The notes under the pieces: generated by a model | Seen by the model: the letters and a program-made list of their open reading frames with translations, nothing else | Told to the model about the DNA's origin: nothing | The model's database searches: none | Program-made: the position numbers and the translations under genes | Part shown: piece after piece, positions 9,622 through 20,202 of the stretch | Numbering within the stretch: the stretch's first letter is position 1 | Layout: each line of letters begins with the position of its first letter | Assembly: GCA_021161255.1 (NCBI GenBank) | Contig: JAGHAZ010000056.1 | Location: 862-64,861, forward strand | Source of the DNA: Candidatus Bathyarchaeota archaeon | GTDB lineage: Archaea; Thermoproteota; CALKCG01; B24 | DNA: 64,000 bases | Direction of reading: 5' to 3'

Positions 9622-12570
9622 GTGAATCTGGAAAAAGCAGCTCTATTAGCATTCATCGTGATCCTAGCTTTACCGGTTATCGTATATGCGCAGGCACCGC
9701 AGCCGATAAGCGGTGCATCGGTCGTCGCGTTTGGTGACGCAGGGTACGGGGTAGCTGAGACAGACGCCGAAGGATTCTTCGAGATAACGGAGGGGTTGGG
9801 TGAAGGCGTCTACGACGTGAGGATAAGCGCCAAGGGCTACGTTTCCAAGGTGGTCGAAGACGTCGAAGTCGTAGCCGGGGAGGAGGTGGACATAGGCGAC
9901 GTATTCCTCAAACCATCTGCGGTGATAAAGGGTGTGGTGGAGACGCCTGACGGCGAGCCGGCTGCTAACGTCCCCGTGGCCCTAAAAGACAGTAGCGGCA
10001 AAGTACTTCAGCTAACCACCACGTCGAGCGACGGCTCCTTTGTCTTCGACACCGACGTGAGGAACGGGACCTACACGGTGGAGGCTTACGCGTTCATGTT
10101 CGAGGGGATGGAGTATCAAACGGTGACGATGGGCTTCACCCAGGTGGAGATCCCCGTTCCCAAGCCAGGCGCCTCCTACTTACAAGGTTACACCTCTGGG
10201 AGGGTCAAGAACGTCGAAGCGGTTCAAGGCGAGACGGTCGAGGACATAGTGATACGTCTCGACGTATCCGGTATAATATCCGGTAGGGTTACAGACGACC
10301 AGGGTAACCCCGTAGCCGATGTGCTAGTGGTAGCCTTCTCACCCAGCGGTGGTATATCCAAGGGGTTCTACGCCGTGACAGACGAGGACGGGCGGTATAG
10401 GATAGCCAACAACCTCGACACGGGCGACTATAACGTGACCCTGCTGTTCCCGAAGGGTTATGTATGGAACTTCATGAACGCTAAGAAGGTTCACGTCGTA
10501 GCAGGTGAGGAGACGGCTAACGTAGACTTCCAGCTTGAAAGGTCCGGCATAATATCCGGCGTAGTCGTATACAGCGACGATACCCCTGCCGCGAACGCGA
10601 CTGTCGTAGCGTTCTCGCAGGACGGCAAGTACTTCGGCTTTACCACCTCCGACATAGATGGGTCCTTCAGGATAGACTCAGGTCTCGGAACGGCTACCTA
10701 CCAGGTTATGGCGTTCGTAGGGACGACAGCTTTCTCCCAGCCCGTGACTGTTCAGGTAACAGCTGGCGAGGAGACCAAGGACGTTAAGCTCGTCGTGACC
10801 GGGACGGCTAAGGGAATGGCCGCCATAGAGGGCACCGTTACAGATATCGACGGTAACCCGCTCGTAGACGTCGAGGTGTCGGCTCTAGATGCGGTGACGT
10901 ACACAGACGAAGATGGAAGCTATAGACTCATCATAGCTCTTCCACAAGGCGTTACCTCCACCACCGTAACAGTAACCGCGTCTAAGAGAGGCTACGAGAC
11001 AGCCGTTAAAGAGGGGGTCACTGTGACGGCCGGGGAGACGACAAAGCCGGTGGACTTCACGTTGGAGAAGCTTAAGCTCGGCGTCATAAAGGGCCGTGTC
11101 CTCGCTAAGGCGCCTCCGCCGTCGGCTAAGAAGACGGCTTCTCTCTCGATATCGCTATCCTCGCAAATCGTGAGCATAGGAGAGTCTGTGACTATATCTG
11201 GAACCATAACTCCGAGCCTCACCGGAGAGGTCTCGATACTGGTGGCTTCAGATACTGTTTTCGAGGAGATCGCTAAGGTAAACCTCGAAGACGGAAGCTT
11301 CAGCTACAGCTTCACGCCGACCGCTAAGGGAGTCTATAGGATAAAAGTTTCATGGCCTGGGAACGACGAGTATAACCCGGCCGAATCCGAGATTCTAACC
11401 CTGACGGTGGTCAAGAAGACGGCCGAGCTTTCGATATCACTGTCCTCCTCGACCATAACGATAGGGGACTCCGTCACTCTTGAAGGTACGATAACACCCT
11501 CTGTGACGGGTAAAGTATTCATCCTTCTGACCCCGGACGGTAAATTTAAGAAGATAGCTGAGGTCGACTTGGAAAACGGCAGGTTCAACTTCACTCTGAA
11601 GCCTGAGGCCCTCGGCACCTACAGGGTTAAGGTTGTGTGGCCTGGAAACGCCGAGTATAAGCCCGTGGAATCCGATGTGTTAACTCTGACCGTGAAGAAG
11701 GTATCCCCGACGGTCGAGATATCGGTCTCTAAGACAACGGCTAACGTGGGTGAAACCGTCACCATATCAGGCTCGATATCTCCGTTTAAAGCTGAGACGG
11801 ATGTCGTGATAACCGTCACAAGCCCGTCGGGTGTCAGCGAGTACACGGTCACCTCGTCAGACGGTAGCTTCGAGTATGGCATAGAGCTTGACGCTCAAGG
11901 AACGTGGAGCGTCAAGGCTGAGGTTCCTGAAGGACCGGTCTATGAGTCGGCTGAGTCCAACGATGTCCAGATAACGGTTCAGGAGAAGAAGTGTATAATA
12001 GCTACCGTGACCTTCGGCTCTGAGGTCGCTCCGGAGGTCAACTTTCTAAGGTCCTTCAGAGACGGCTTGATCCTCACGACGTACGCCGGTAGACAGTTCT
12101 ACGTAGCCTTCGACGCCTTCTACTACTCGTGGAGCACACCTGTGGCGAAGTTCATAGAGTCCAACCCTGTATTGAAACCGGTCGTCAAAGCTTTACTGTA
12201 TCCGTTACTCGGAATATTGAAGTTCACGGCCTTAGCTAGTATGCCGCTCTTTGGACTGAACCCCGAGACCGCGGCCGTGTTAGCGGGTTTCATAGCATCC
12301 TCGCTCATAGGCGTCGTCTATGTCTCACCGGTTCTAATAGCCGTCTCGCTTCTGGCTAGGAAATACGGTAGAACGGTCAAGCCATCCATAGAGTTCGTGA
12401 AGGCCCTATGGGCTTCGGTAGCCGCCTCCCTAGTATTCATAGGTATAGGATTAGTCTTAGAAAGCGGTCTACTGTTGACGGCTGCGACCTCAGCTTACGT
12501 GTTATCCACCATAGCCTCGTCGTCGACCTCCATACTATACCTGGCGACTACGAAAGCTAAGGAAAAATAG
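9622..12570 (+). CDS. Large secreted/surface protein: carboxypeptidase-regulatory-like repeats, Ig-like repeats, CFI-box-CTERM anchor
   Basis: Signal peptide (KAALLAFIVILALPVIVYA), repeated GxISGxVxD...P..T.xDG.(Y/F) units, C-terminal KKCIIATVTFGSEVAPEVNFLRSFRD...YY followed by TM helices. Confidence 0.82.
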   Translation: MNLEKAALLAFIVILALPVIVYAQAPQPISGASVVAFGDAGYGVAETDAEGFFEITEGLGEGVYDVRISAKGYVSKVVEDVEVVAGEEVDIGDVFLKPSAVIKGVVETPDGEPAANVPVALKDSSGKVLQLTTTSSDGSFVFDTDVRNGTYTVEAYAFMFEGMEYQTVTMGFTQVEIPVPKPGASYLQGYTSGRVKNVEAVQGETVEDIVIRLDVSGIISGRVTDDQGNPVADVLVVAFSPSGGISKGFYAVTDEDGRYRIANNLDTGDYNVTLLFPKGYVWNFMNAKKVHVVAGEETANVDFQLERSGIISGVVVYSDDTPAANATVVAFSQDGKYFGFTTSDIDGSFRIDSGLGTATYQVMAFVGTTAFSQPVTVQVTAGEETKDVKLVVTGTAKGMAAIEGTVTDIDGNPLVDVEVSALDAVTYTDEDGSYRLIIALPQGVTSTTVTVTASKRGYETAVKEGVTVTAGETTKPVDFTLEKLKLGVIKGRVLAKAPPPSAKKTASLSISLSSQIVSIGESVTISGTITPSLTGEVSILVASDTVFEEIAKVNLEDGSFSYSFTPTAKGVYRIKVSWPGNDEYNPAESEILTLTVVKKTAELSISLSSSTITIGDSVTLEGTITPSVTGKVFILLTPDGKFKKIAEVDLENGRFNFTLKPEALGTYRVKVVWPGNAEYKPVESDVLTLTVKKVSPTVEISVSKTTANVGETVTISGSISPFKAETDVVITVTSPSGVSEYTVTSSDGSFEYGIELDAQGTWSVKAEVPEGPVYESAESNDVQITVQEKKCIIATVTFGSEVAPEVNFLRSFRDGLILTTYAGRQFYVAFDAFYYSWSTPVAKFIESNPVLKPVVKALLYPLLGILKFTALASMPLFGLNPETAAVLAGFIASSLIGVVYVSPVLIAVSLLARKYGRTVKPSIEFVKALWASVAASLVFIGIGLVLESGLLLTAATSAYVLSTIASSSTSILYLATTKAKEK
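11128..11700 (+). repeat. Tandem duplicated Ig-like domain inside the surface protein
   Basis: KKTASLSISLSSQIVSIGESVTISGTITPS...WPGNDEYNPAESEILTLTV versus KKTAELSISLSSSTITIGDSVTLEGTITPS...WPGNAEYKPVESDVLTLTV. Confidence 0.85.
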
Positions 12571-12642
12571 CTCTCCTTCTTATCCAATATTTTTCTTTCT
12601 CGAATAGAGCGTGCTCCCTGAGTATGCATTTAAGTTTTAAAG

Positions 12643-13434
12643 GTGGAAACCCGCATTATCGGGTTGGATAAGATGGACCTAGCTAAGCTTGTCCACGGAT
12701 TGCCGAAGACTAGGCTAGGCTTCTGGGAGGACTCGTACAGGAAGACGTTTGAGGCTTCTGTTCTGAAAAGCCATAGGGACGGCGGTAGGCTTTACTTGGT
12801 CTTAGATGAGACGTTGTTTCACCCTAAGATGGGTGGACAACCCGCCGACACGGGTGTAATATGGTCTGAGGGGTTTAGGCTCAGGGTTAGGAAGGTCATG
12901 TACGTCTCAGGCGTTGTCGTCCACTTCGGACGCATCGAGCAGGGGACTGAGCCACCTTTGGGCGCACATGTCTCAGGCTCTATCGACTGGGATAGGCGAT
13001 ATAAGATTATGCGTAGACACACGGCGGGGCATCTTCTCGACCATTGTCTATCAGAGACCCTTGGTAGACCTGTCTACACGGTCGAAAGCTGGCTTGGTGA
13101 GCCATGCTACACGGCATACAAGGGAGCTGCGCCGGATGAGCCGGTCTTGTCTAAGGTTCAGGAGATCGCCGATAGGCTGATACATGAGGGTAGAAGGGTT
13201 TGGATAGAGTTTCTCAGCTGGAGTGAGCTCGTATCGAGGTATCCGGAGGCGCCTAACCTGTTTAGACTTCCAAAAGGTTTGCCATCTTACAGGGTTGTGG
13301 TGATAGATGGATGTAACGCCGTACCTTGTAGCGGGACCCATGTCGAAGCTCTCTCTGAGATAGGCCGTTTAAAACTGGGAGGCATAGAGGAGTCTAGGGG
13401 ATTTTTCAAGCTCTACTACGACGTCTATCCATAG
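12643..13434 (+). CDS. alaX: Alanyl-tRNA editing protein AlaX (AlaX-M type)
   Basis: FHPKMGGQPADTG, MRRHTAGH and CSGTH Zn-binding motifs. Confidence 0.88.
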   Translation: METRIIGLDKMDLAKLVHGLPKTRLGFWEDSYRKTFEASVLKSHRDGGRLYLVLDETLFHPKMGGQPADTGVIWSEGFRLRVRKVMYVSGVVVHFGRIEQGTEPPLGAHVSGSIDWDRRYKIMRRHTAGHLLDHCLSETLGRPVYTVESWLGEPCYTAYKGAAPDEPVLSKVQEIADRLIHEGRRVWIEFLSWSELVSRYPEAPNLFRLPKGLPSYRVVVIDGCNAVPCSGTHVEALSEIGRLKLGGIEESRGFFKLYYDVYP

Positions 13435-13490
13435 CTTCTTCCCGGGAAAACCCTTAAAGAAAACCGTGTCTCATATATTACTGTCGGAGA

Positions 13491-13982
13491 TTGTCTAGGA
13501 GGAAGAACCTGCTTTATAGGCTCGCCGAGGCATTGGCCGGAGGAGAAGGTCTAAAGATAATCGAGTGTCTGGTTAGAAACGGCGATATGCGAGACGACGA
13601 GATCGCTTTAGAGCTCGGTTTGAAGCCCAACGTGGTCAGGAAGATACTCTACCGGTTCGCCGAAAGCTCCATAGTGACTGTTCAGAGGTTCAGGGACGAG
13701 AAGACCGGGTGGTTTTACTTCAAATGGAGGGTCCAGCTAGACCAGGTCGAGCTATACCTTGAAAACCAGAGACAACGGATCTTGAACAGGCTTATGGAGA
13801 GGCTTCGATACGAGGAGACGCATGAATTCTACTCCTGTCCCAAGGGCTGCGAGAGAGTAACCTTTGAAGAAGCTGTCGAACAGAACTTTATATGTAGCAA
13901 ATGCGGTGCACCGCTGCAGCATGAGGATAACACATACGTCATAGAAGCGTTGAAAAATAAGATAAAGGAGCTCGGAGGCTAA
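13491..13982 (+). CDS. tfe: Transcription factor E (TFE alpha)
   Basis: wHTH DDEIA...VRKILY, RDEKTGWFYFKW, Zn ribbon CPKGC...FICSKCG. Confidence 0.92.
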   Translation: MSRRKNLLYRLAEALAGGEGLKIIECLVRNGDMRDDEIALELGLKPNVVRKILYRFAESSIVTVQRFRDEKTGWFYFKWRVQLDQVELYLENQRQRILNRLMERLRYEETHEFYSCPKGCERVTFEEAVEQNFICSKCGAPLQHEDNTYVIEALKNKIKELGG

Positions 13983-14034
13983 CGCCTGATTCTCTTCATC
14001 AACCTTTTCAACCAAGTTACCCGGCTAAATACAT

Positions 14035-14844
14035 GTGAAAATGCTGGTCGTAAGGTTGAACCAGAGGATCTACGGGCCCTACAGGTTAGACGGGTTAAAA
14101 GCCCTTAGGAACGTGGTAAAAAACATGCTAGATGGGCTTGAGGTCGACGTCTCAGAGGTCGTCGTGGGGTCTGAGGGATGGGCTGAGGTTTTCCTCGAAG
14201 GACCTGACGTCGATGTAGCTGAAAAGGTCTTGGAAGAATACATCGGGGCTCTCCCGAAGACGCCTAAAGAACTTTCGAAGGGAACTTTGCTGAAGGGTAG
14301 GGTTTTAACGTTGAAGGATGACGGGCTTTACGTAGACGTAGGGCTGGAAAACCTGGTCGTCAAAGTTCCGACTCAGACCCTTAGAGGACAGTTTTTAGAC
14401 GAGTGCTCTACGGACTTGGAAAAGGCTAGACGGATTTACATGCTCTACAGCGAGTTTCCGGTCGAGCTTTACGTTGAGAGATTTCACGGGGAGACTGTCG
14501 AGACCCGTCTATCGTGGAGATGGCTCCGCTGGGTCGAGAGTATGTCTTTCTCAGGCTTCAGCAAGATATACGTAACCGGTTTAACCCTACGCAGGATCAG
14601 GAGAGCAATCGGAAAAACCAAATATAGGATGGCCGTGCTCGGATACCGAAAACTGGGCGTCTTAGAGACTCTTATAACTTTAGATCCCCTAGTGAATGTC
14701 GAGAGGTTCTCTCTATGGCTGAAGAAGACGTTAGACCCTTTGACCTTAGAGTTTTCCGAGCCGTCTGAGAGCCTTGGGGAGCTCGCTTACGCTGTTCAAG
14801 ACGAGGTCTGGCTTATCCCCTCTCCACCTTTCCAAATCAGCTAA
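14035..14844 (+). CDS. DUF2110-family protein
   Basis: Position after tfe; EGPDxxVA and GLYVDVG S1-like segment. Confidence 0.65.
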   Translation: MKMLVVRLNQRIYGPYRLDGLKALRNVVKNMLDGLEVDVSEVVVGSEGWAEVFLEGPDVDVAEKVLEEYIGALPKTPKELSKGTLLKGRVLTLKDDGLYVDVGLENLVVKVPTQTLRGQFLDECSTDLEKARRIYMLYSEFPVELYVERFHGETVETRLSWRWLRWVESMSFSGFSKIYVTGLTLRRIRRAIGKTKYRMAVLGYRKLGVLETLITLDPLVNVERFSLWLKKTLDPLTLEFSEPSESLGELAYAVQDEVWLIPSPPFQIS

Positions 14845-15546
14845 GCTCGAAGCACCTGTTAAGACTAGGACCGTGAATGCGCCTATCTTCTTACCGGCTT
14901 TCACATCTGTACTTAGTTTATCCCCGACGACTACTACCTCAGAGCCGTCCATACCCAACCTCTTGAGGGCTATATCCATGATCCTACGGGACGGCTTACC
15001 TATCACCATCGGCCTCTTACCAGTCGCCTTCGATATAGCGGCCACTATCGAACCTGCCCCCGGTAGTAACCGATCCTCGACCGGTAATGTGGGATCCGTG
15101 TTCGTGGCCACGAACCTGGCACCCTGGAATATCGCGAAGCAGGCGTTCTTAAGCTTCTCATAGCTAAACTCGAAATCTAGGCAGGCTACGACGAACTCAG
15201 GGTCTCCACCTTTCCTCCAGTCCAAGACTTCATGCCCCATCCTGAGGAGCTCCCTCTCAAGAGCCTCTCCGCCGACCGGTAGAACTTTAACCCCACCGTA
15301 TCTATCGGCTAGGTATATCGACGTGGCGTAGCCTGACGTTAAGACCTCGTCCTCACCGCATCTTATACCCATGGCGTTGAGCTTAGCGACGTAGTCCTCG
15401 ACCGTTCTAGTAGCGTTGTTTGTCAAGAAAAGTAGCTTTAACCCCATACCTCTAAGCGTATCCAGCGCCTCAACTGCTCCCTCTATAGGTTTTCTCCCCC
15501 TATAGACGCAGCCGTCTAGGTCGAGTATCACAGCTTTAAACCCCAT
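14746..15546 (-). CDS. HAD-IIA hydrolase (NagD-like sugar phosphatase)
   Basis: DLDGCVY, LTNN, GKPS, VGDKLSTD. Confidence 0.9.
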   Translation of the reverse strand: MGFKAVILDLDGCVYRGRKPIEGAVEALDTLRGMGLKLLFLTNNATRTVEDYVAKLNAMGIRCGEDEVLTSGYATSIYLADRYGGVKVLPVGGEALERELLRMGHEVLDWRKGGDPEFVVACLDFEFSYEKLKNACFAIFQGARFVATNTDPTLPVEDRLLPGAGSIVAAISKATGKRPMVIGKPSRRIMDIALKRLGMDGSEVVVVGDKLSTDVKAGKKIGAFTVLVLTGASSLADLERWRGDKPDLVLNSVSELPKALRRLGKL

Positions 15547-15687
15547 TTAGAACCCCCCGATGTGAGTTCAAGAACGGTTAAGAAGCCGTATCGACACTTA
15601 AACCCTTCTACCGCCGTAGACGTCCTTAGGCTCCGCTACGGAGAAAAACGGTTATCTTTATCTTTTACTATTCATTTTGATAAGAGG

Positions 15688-17133
15688 TTGGCAGTGTGGA
15701 AGGCTTTCGAGAATAGGATGGGGTTCACGGTATATACTAGCGTCAACGAAGCATATATACCGAGGATCCTCGACTTCATCTACGATACCTATATCTTACC
15801 GCTAGGGCATAGAATACTGAGGGTCGAGAGGTTCAGGGATTTCCTGGGTGAAGCCCTAAGGTTTACTATAGCCCTTGATAGGGGCTACGTACACGTGGAG
15901 ATCAGGGCGTTTAAGATACTGGAGTTCACGATAGCTTGGGAGGGGCCTATCGACAAGCAGACGATAGACCAGATCCGGGAAGACTTGATCATAACGGTTA
16001 GGATGTTCGAGGATACCTTCAGGAAGTCCTCCGTCTTCTTCACGTTCGTCGAGAACAGTAGCCTGATCCCTGAGAGGCTGATGGCTAAACGCCGCATCGT
16101 CGAACGTATCTTCACAGACAGTATGATCACGTTCTTCGTAGCGTTCCTCATTGTCAACATGGTTATCTTCATGATAAACCCGGTGCTTGCGCCCATAGCT
16201 ATAGTTGTGCTACAGTTCTGCATCCTCCTGTTTTCGCATAAGATAATAATGAGCTTAGGCGACTGGAAGATAACCGCTAGAAACCAGCATGTGACGATAC
16301 TCCAATACTACCTGCCACCGGACGAGTATAGGATTCTCCTCGAGATGATAAAGGTCAAGGGTAGAAACTGGCTATACCAGATTAAACGTGAAATATACGA
16401 GAAAACCCTCGCCTTAGACGGAAGAATAGACCCTAACGTTGTCGGAGAGGTCCTATCAAGACATGGAATACTGTTCAGGCCGGAAAACCTCAGGGTCAAG
16501 ACGTTCAACGTTTATCGTCTCGTCAAGGAGGCGGTTGAAGAATACGGGCTTCCCATGCCGAATATAGTTCTCTCAAACATAATCATACCAAACGCCTCGG
16601 CCTCCGGTATAGGGCCTAGGTTTGGAACGGTTATGGTGACTGCGGGTCTTTTAGCCACCCTAGAGGAGGGGGAGGTCTACGCGGTTTTGAACCACGAGCT
16701 CAGCCACCTCAAGGGTAGGGACCCGGTTTTTCTATTCACCCTATCCACGCTCGAATACCTCTTCAGGCTCTACATTCTACTCCCCATGATGCCGTTCATC
16801 CTGTTCCTACCTTACGTATACTTCTTCTTCGTTATGGGGCTGATATACTTCATAGGAAAGTTCTTTGAGGCTAAGTCGGACCTAGAGGCTGCTATAAAGA
16901 CTAGACAGCCTCAGCTCTTAGCGGAGGCATTGAGAAAGATAGGGTATTACCGGCTTAGGTTGGAGAGGTCGCCTGGCTATAGGCTTCAATCCTGGATAGG
17001 ATGGGATCCCCACCCGCCGATATCGTTCAGGATCAAGCGGCTGGAGAACCTTAAAGACCTCGACAGAATCAAGCATCCGTTTCTAAGGTCCGTGGTCGAC
17101 GTCTTAAAAGGCTTCTTCGAAGCCATAATGTAG
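15688..17133 (+). CDS. M48 (HtpX-like) membrane zinc metalloprotease with long N-terminal extension
   Basis: PNASA, HELSH, downstream E in FFEAKSD, HPP..R; TM segments; start uncertain (15688 TTG or 15718 ATG). Confidence 0.85.
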   Translation: MAVWKAFENRMGFTVYTSVNEAYIPRILDFIYDTYILPLGHRILRVERFRDFLGEALRFTIALDRGYVHVEIRAFKILEFTIAWEGPIDKQTIDQIREDLIITVRMFEDTFRKSSVFFTFVENSSLIPERLMAKRRIVERIFTDSMITFFVAFLIVNMVIFMINPVLAPIAIVVLQFCILLFSHKIIMSLGDWKITARNQHVTILQYYLPPDEYRILLEMIKVKGRNWLYQIKREIYEKTLALDGRIDPNVVGEVLSRHGILFRPENLRVKTFNVYRLVKEAVEEYGLPMPNIVLSNIIIPNASASGIGPRFGTVMVTAGLLATLEEGEVYAVLNHELSHLKGRDPVFLFTLSTLEYLFRLYILLPMMPFILFLPYVYFFFVMGLIYFIGKFFEAKSDLEAAIKTRQPQLLAEALRKIGYYRLRLERSPGYRLQSWIGWDPHPPISFRIKRLENLKDLDRIKHPFLRSVVDVLKGFFEAIM

Positions 17134-17210
17134 CCTCATGCGGCGACTGTTTGACCGGAAGCTGAATCCTTAAATACCTCGATATAGGGGTTTAAAGATG
17201 TGCTTAAAGG

Positions 17211-19670
17211 GTGATGCGTGTGTCTAAAGATAAGGCTACGGCTTTGATACTCTGGTTTGAGGAGCTCAGGAAAGACGATGTGCCGCTGGTCGGCGGTAAA
17301 TGCGCGAACCTCGGTGAGATGATAAATGCCGGGATACCGGTTCCACCTGGGTTTGCCGTTTCGGCGTATGCGTATAAGCGTTTTCTAGAGTTGACCGGTA
17401 TAGCGGAGAAGGTCTACACGATCATACGGGAGACCGTTAAGGACGTGAACGACCCTCAGCAGTACCAGGAGGCCTCTAAGAAGATCAGGCAGCTTATCGA
17501 GTCTACCCCGATACCCGAGGAGATCGAGAAAGCGATCAGGGAGGCCTATAGGAAGCTCAACGCTAAGCTAGGGATGGCTGAGGCGTTTGTAGCGGTCAGG
17601 TCTTCCGCCACAGCCGAGGACCTACCCGGTTCCTCGTTCGCCGGTCAGCAGGAGACGTTCTTAAACGTCAGGGGTGAGGATGACCTTATCCACTATGTGC
17701 GTAGATGCTGGTCTAGCCTATTCACGCCTAGGGCGATATTCTACAGGACGCAGAGAGGTTTCCCGCATGAGAAGGTTCTGATAAGCGTAGCCGTCCAGAA
17801 GATGGTTAACAGTAAAGCCGCAGGGGTTATGTTCACGCTCCACCCCGTTACCGGCGATAGGTCGAAGATAGTCATCGAGGCTAGCTGGGGCCTAGGTGAA
17901 GCTGTCGTCTCTGGGTCTGTGACGCCTGACAGGTTTGTCGTCGATAAGAATACGCTGGAGATTTTAAGCAAGGAGATCGCCGATAAGACGGTCGAATACA
18001 TCAGAGACCCCGAGACCGGTAAAACCATACACGCCGAGGTTCCTCCTGAACGTCGTAAGATACCCTGCTTGACAGACGAGGAGATCAAGAGGCTTGCCGA
18101 GCTTGCTAAGCGTATAGAGCAGCACTACGGCACGCCGCAGGACATAGAGTTCGCCGTAGACAAGGACCTACCGTTCCCCGAGAACGTGTTCATAGTCCAG
18201 TCTAGACCTGAAACCGTTTGGAGCGTCAAAGCCGAGGAGAAGCCCGTAGAGAAGGCTCCGGCTCCGACCGAGGAGCTTGTACCGGTCATCAAGGGTCTCC
18301 CCGCTAGCCCGGGCATATACGCCGGTAGGGTTAAGGTCGTCTTAAACCATGAAGAGGCTGCTAAGCTGATGGAGGAAGGCGACATACTCGTCACGAAGAT
18401 GACGAACCCAGACTGGGTCCCATACATGAGGATAGCTGGAGCCATAGTCACCGACGACGGAGGTATGACGTGTCACGCCGCGATAGTCTCCAGGGAGCTC
18501 GGTATACCATGTATAGTCGGGACCCGGGAGGCTACTAAGGTCCTCAAGACCGGGACCTACTATACGGTGGACGCTACCTCGGGGGTGGTCTACGAGGGTA
18601 TCGTAGAGTCGCTGGTTAAGCCTAAGCGTGAAGCCGTGGCGGCTGCTCCAGGCGCCGTAGCCGCCTTGCCGCAGTGGGCTGTCTATCCGCCCGTGACGGC
18701 TACGAAGATCTACGTGAACCTCTCTATACCCGACGTGGCGGAGAAGGTTTTCAACGAAAGCCACCCCGACGGTGTAGGCTTGTTGAGGGCGGAGCACCTG
18801 ATGCTCAGCGTCGGTAAACACCCGAGGCTCCTGATCGAGGAAGGCGGAGCAGAGAAGATGGTTAACGCCTTCGCCGAGGGCATCAGAAAGGTCGCGCAGG
18901 CATTCTTCCCGAGGCCGGTCGTCTATAGGTTCTTGGACTTCAAGCCTGACGAATTCCTCTCGCTACCTGGTGGAGAGAAGTACGAGGAGGAGGCCGGGCA
19001 CGTCGGGCCTAACCCGCTGATAGGCTATAGAGGCGCCTTCAGGTATATCAAAGAGCCTGATATATTCAGGCTTGAGTGCCGCGCTATACGGAAGGTTAGG
19101 GAAGAATATGGCTTGAAGAACGTCTGGGTCATGGTTCCGTTCGTCAGGAGGGTCGAGGAGTTCAAGCACTGCTTGAAGATAATGGAGGAGGAGGGTCTGA
19201 GGAAGGGTCCTGACTTCAAGGTCTGGATAATGGTCGAGGTTCCGAGTACGGTGCTCCTCATAGATAAGTTCATCGAGGCAGGTATCGACGGTGTGAGCTT
19301 CGGCACGAACGACTTGACGATGCTTATACTCGGGATAGACCGTGACGACGCCTCGGTTCAGGAGATATACGACGAGAGAAACCTCGCAGTACTCAGAGCC
19401 TTAAGCCACGTTATAAGGATATGCCGTGAACACGGTGTTACGACGAGCATATGCGGCCAGGCACCTTCGAACTACCCGGAGATCGTGGAGTTCCTCGTCA
19501 AGGAGGGTGTGACAAGCCTCTCGGTGAACCCTGATAAGGTCATGGAGACCAGGATGCTCGTAGCGTCTATAGAGCGGAAGGTCCTCTTGGAGAGACTGGC
19601 TAGGGTTGAAGAGCAGGGTAAGACTCAGAAACGTTTCTTCCAACCCAGGTGGGCTGAGGAGCTAGGCTAG
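17211..19670 (+). CDS. ppsA: Phosphoenolpyruvate synthase
   Basis: GGKCANLGE, VRSSATAED, QSRPETV, GGMTCHAAIVSRE, GTNDL. Confidence 0.96.
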   Translation: MMRVSKDKATALILWFEELRKDDVPLVGGKCANLGEMINAGIPVPPGFAVSAYAYKRFLELTGIAEKVYTIIRETVKDVNDPQQYQEASKKIRQLIESTPIPEEIEKAIREAYRKLNAKLGMAEAFVAVRSSATAEDLPGSSFAGQQETFLNVRGEDDLIHYVRRCWSSLFTPRAIFYRTQRGFPHEKVLISVAVQKMVNSKAAGVMFTLHPVTGDRSKIVIEASWGLGEAVVSGSVTPDRFVVDKNTLEILSKEIADKTVEYIRDPETGKTIHAEVPPERRKIPCLTDEEIKRLAELAKRIEQHYGTPQDIEFAVDKDLPFPENVFIVQSRPETVWSVKAEEKPVEKAPAPTEELVPVIKGLPASPGIYAGRVKVVLNHEEAAKLMEEGDILVTKMTNPDWVPYMRIAGAIVTDDGGMTCHAAIVSRELGIPCIVGTREATKVLKTGTYYTVDATSGVVYEGIVESLVKPKREAVAAAPGAVAALPQWAVYPPVTATKIYVNLSIPDVAEKVFNESHPDGVGLLRAEHLMLSVGKHPRLLIEEGGAEKMVNAFAEGIRKVAQAFFPRPVVYRFLDFKPDEFLSLPGGEKYEEEAGHVGPNPLIGYRGAFRYIKEPDIFRLECRAIRKVREEYGLKNVWVMVPFVRRVEEFKHCLKIMEEEGLRKGPDFKVWIMVEVPSTVLLIDKFIEAGIDGVSFGTNDLTMLILGIDRDDASVQEIYDERNLAVLRALSHVIRICREHGVTTSICGQAPSNYPEIVEFLVKEGVTSLSVNPDKVMETRMLVASIERKVLLERLARVEEQGKTQKRFFQPRWAEELG

Positions 19671-19785
19671 ACGACGGATATCGGAGCGTCTTTCTTCATA
19701 TTTTCTTTTCCAACTGTTTAGCGTTTCATATCTGCCTGTCCTCAAGTTTTATAATTCTGAACGTTTTTCATTATCCAGTCGAGAT

Positions 19786-20202
19786 TTGGGTCATAGAGGT
19801 TTCAGAGAGGAGAGAGAACTCGTCAATAGGCTTGAGAGGCTAGGGTTTGCTGTGTTGAGGGCTCCTGCATCGGGGGCTGGGACGAAGCTGGATAGGCCTG
19901 ACATCGTAGCCGGTAGGAGAGGCTTCTGCATAGCGGTCGAGGTTAAGACGACGAGGCGGAGGATTCTATACGTCAGAGCCGAGAGCCTAGAGCAGCTCAT
20001 AAGGTTCGCCGAAAGGTTCGGTGCGGAACCATACCTAGCCGTTAAGTTTAAACGGTCCGGATACGGCTGGCTTCTGCTTAAGCCGGGTTATATGGAGAAG
20101 ACGGGTAAGGGCTATAAGATAACTCTCGAAGAGGCCTCTAGAAAGGGTATGCCTCTCGAAGCACTCACATCGGCTAGGCTTGACGACTACCAGGGAGGCT
20201 GA
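19786..20202 (+). CDS. hjc: Holliday junction resolvase
   Basis: GxxxERELV, LRAPASG, PDIVAG, EVK. Confidence 0.93.
   Translation: MGHRGFREERELVNRLERLGFAVLRAPASGAGTKLDRPDIVAGRRGFCIAVEVKTTRRRILYVRAESLEQLIRFAERFGAEPYLAVKFKRSGYGWLLLKPGYMEKTGKGYKITLEEASRKGMPLEALTSARLDDYQGG

Noticed and set aside
14746-14844. 99-bp convergent overlap of the DUF2110 and HAD genes
   Set aside because: Most simply a non-conserved C-terminal extension in a compact genome
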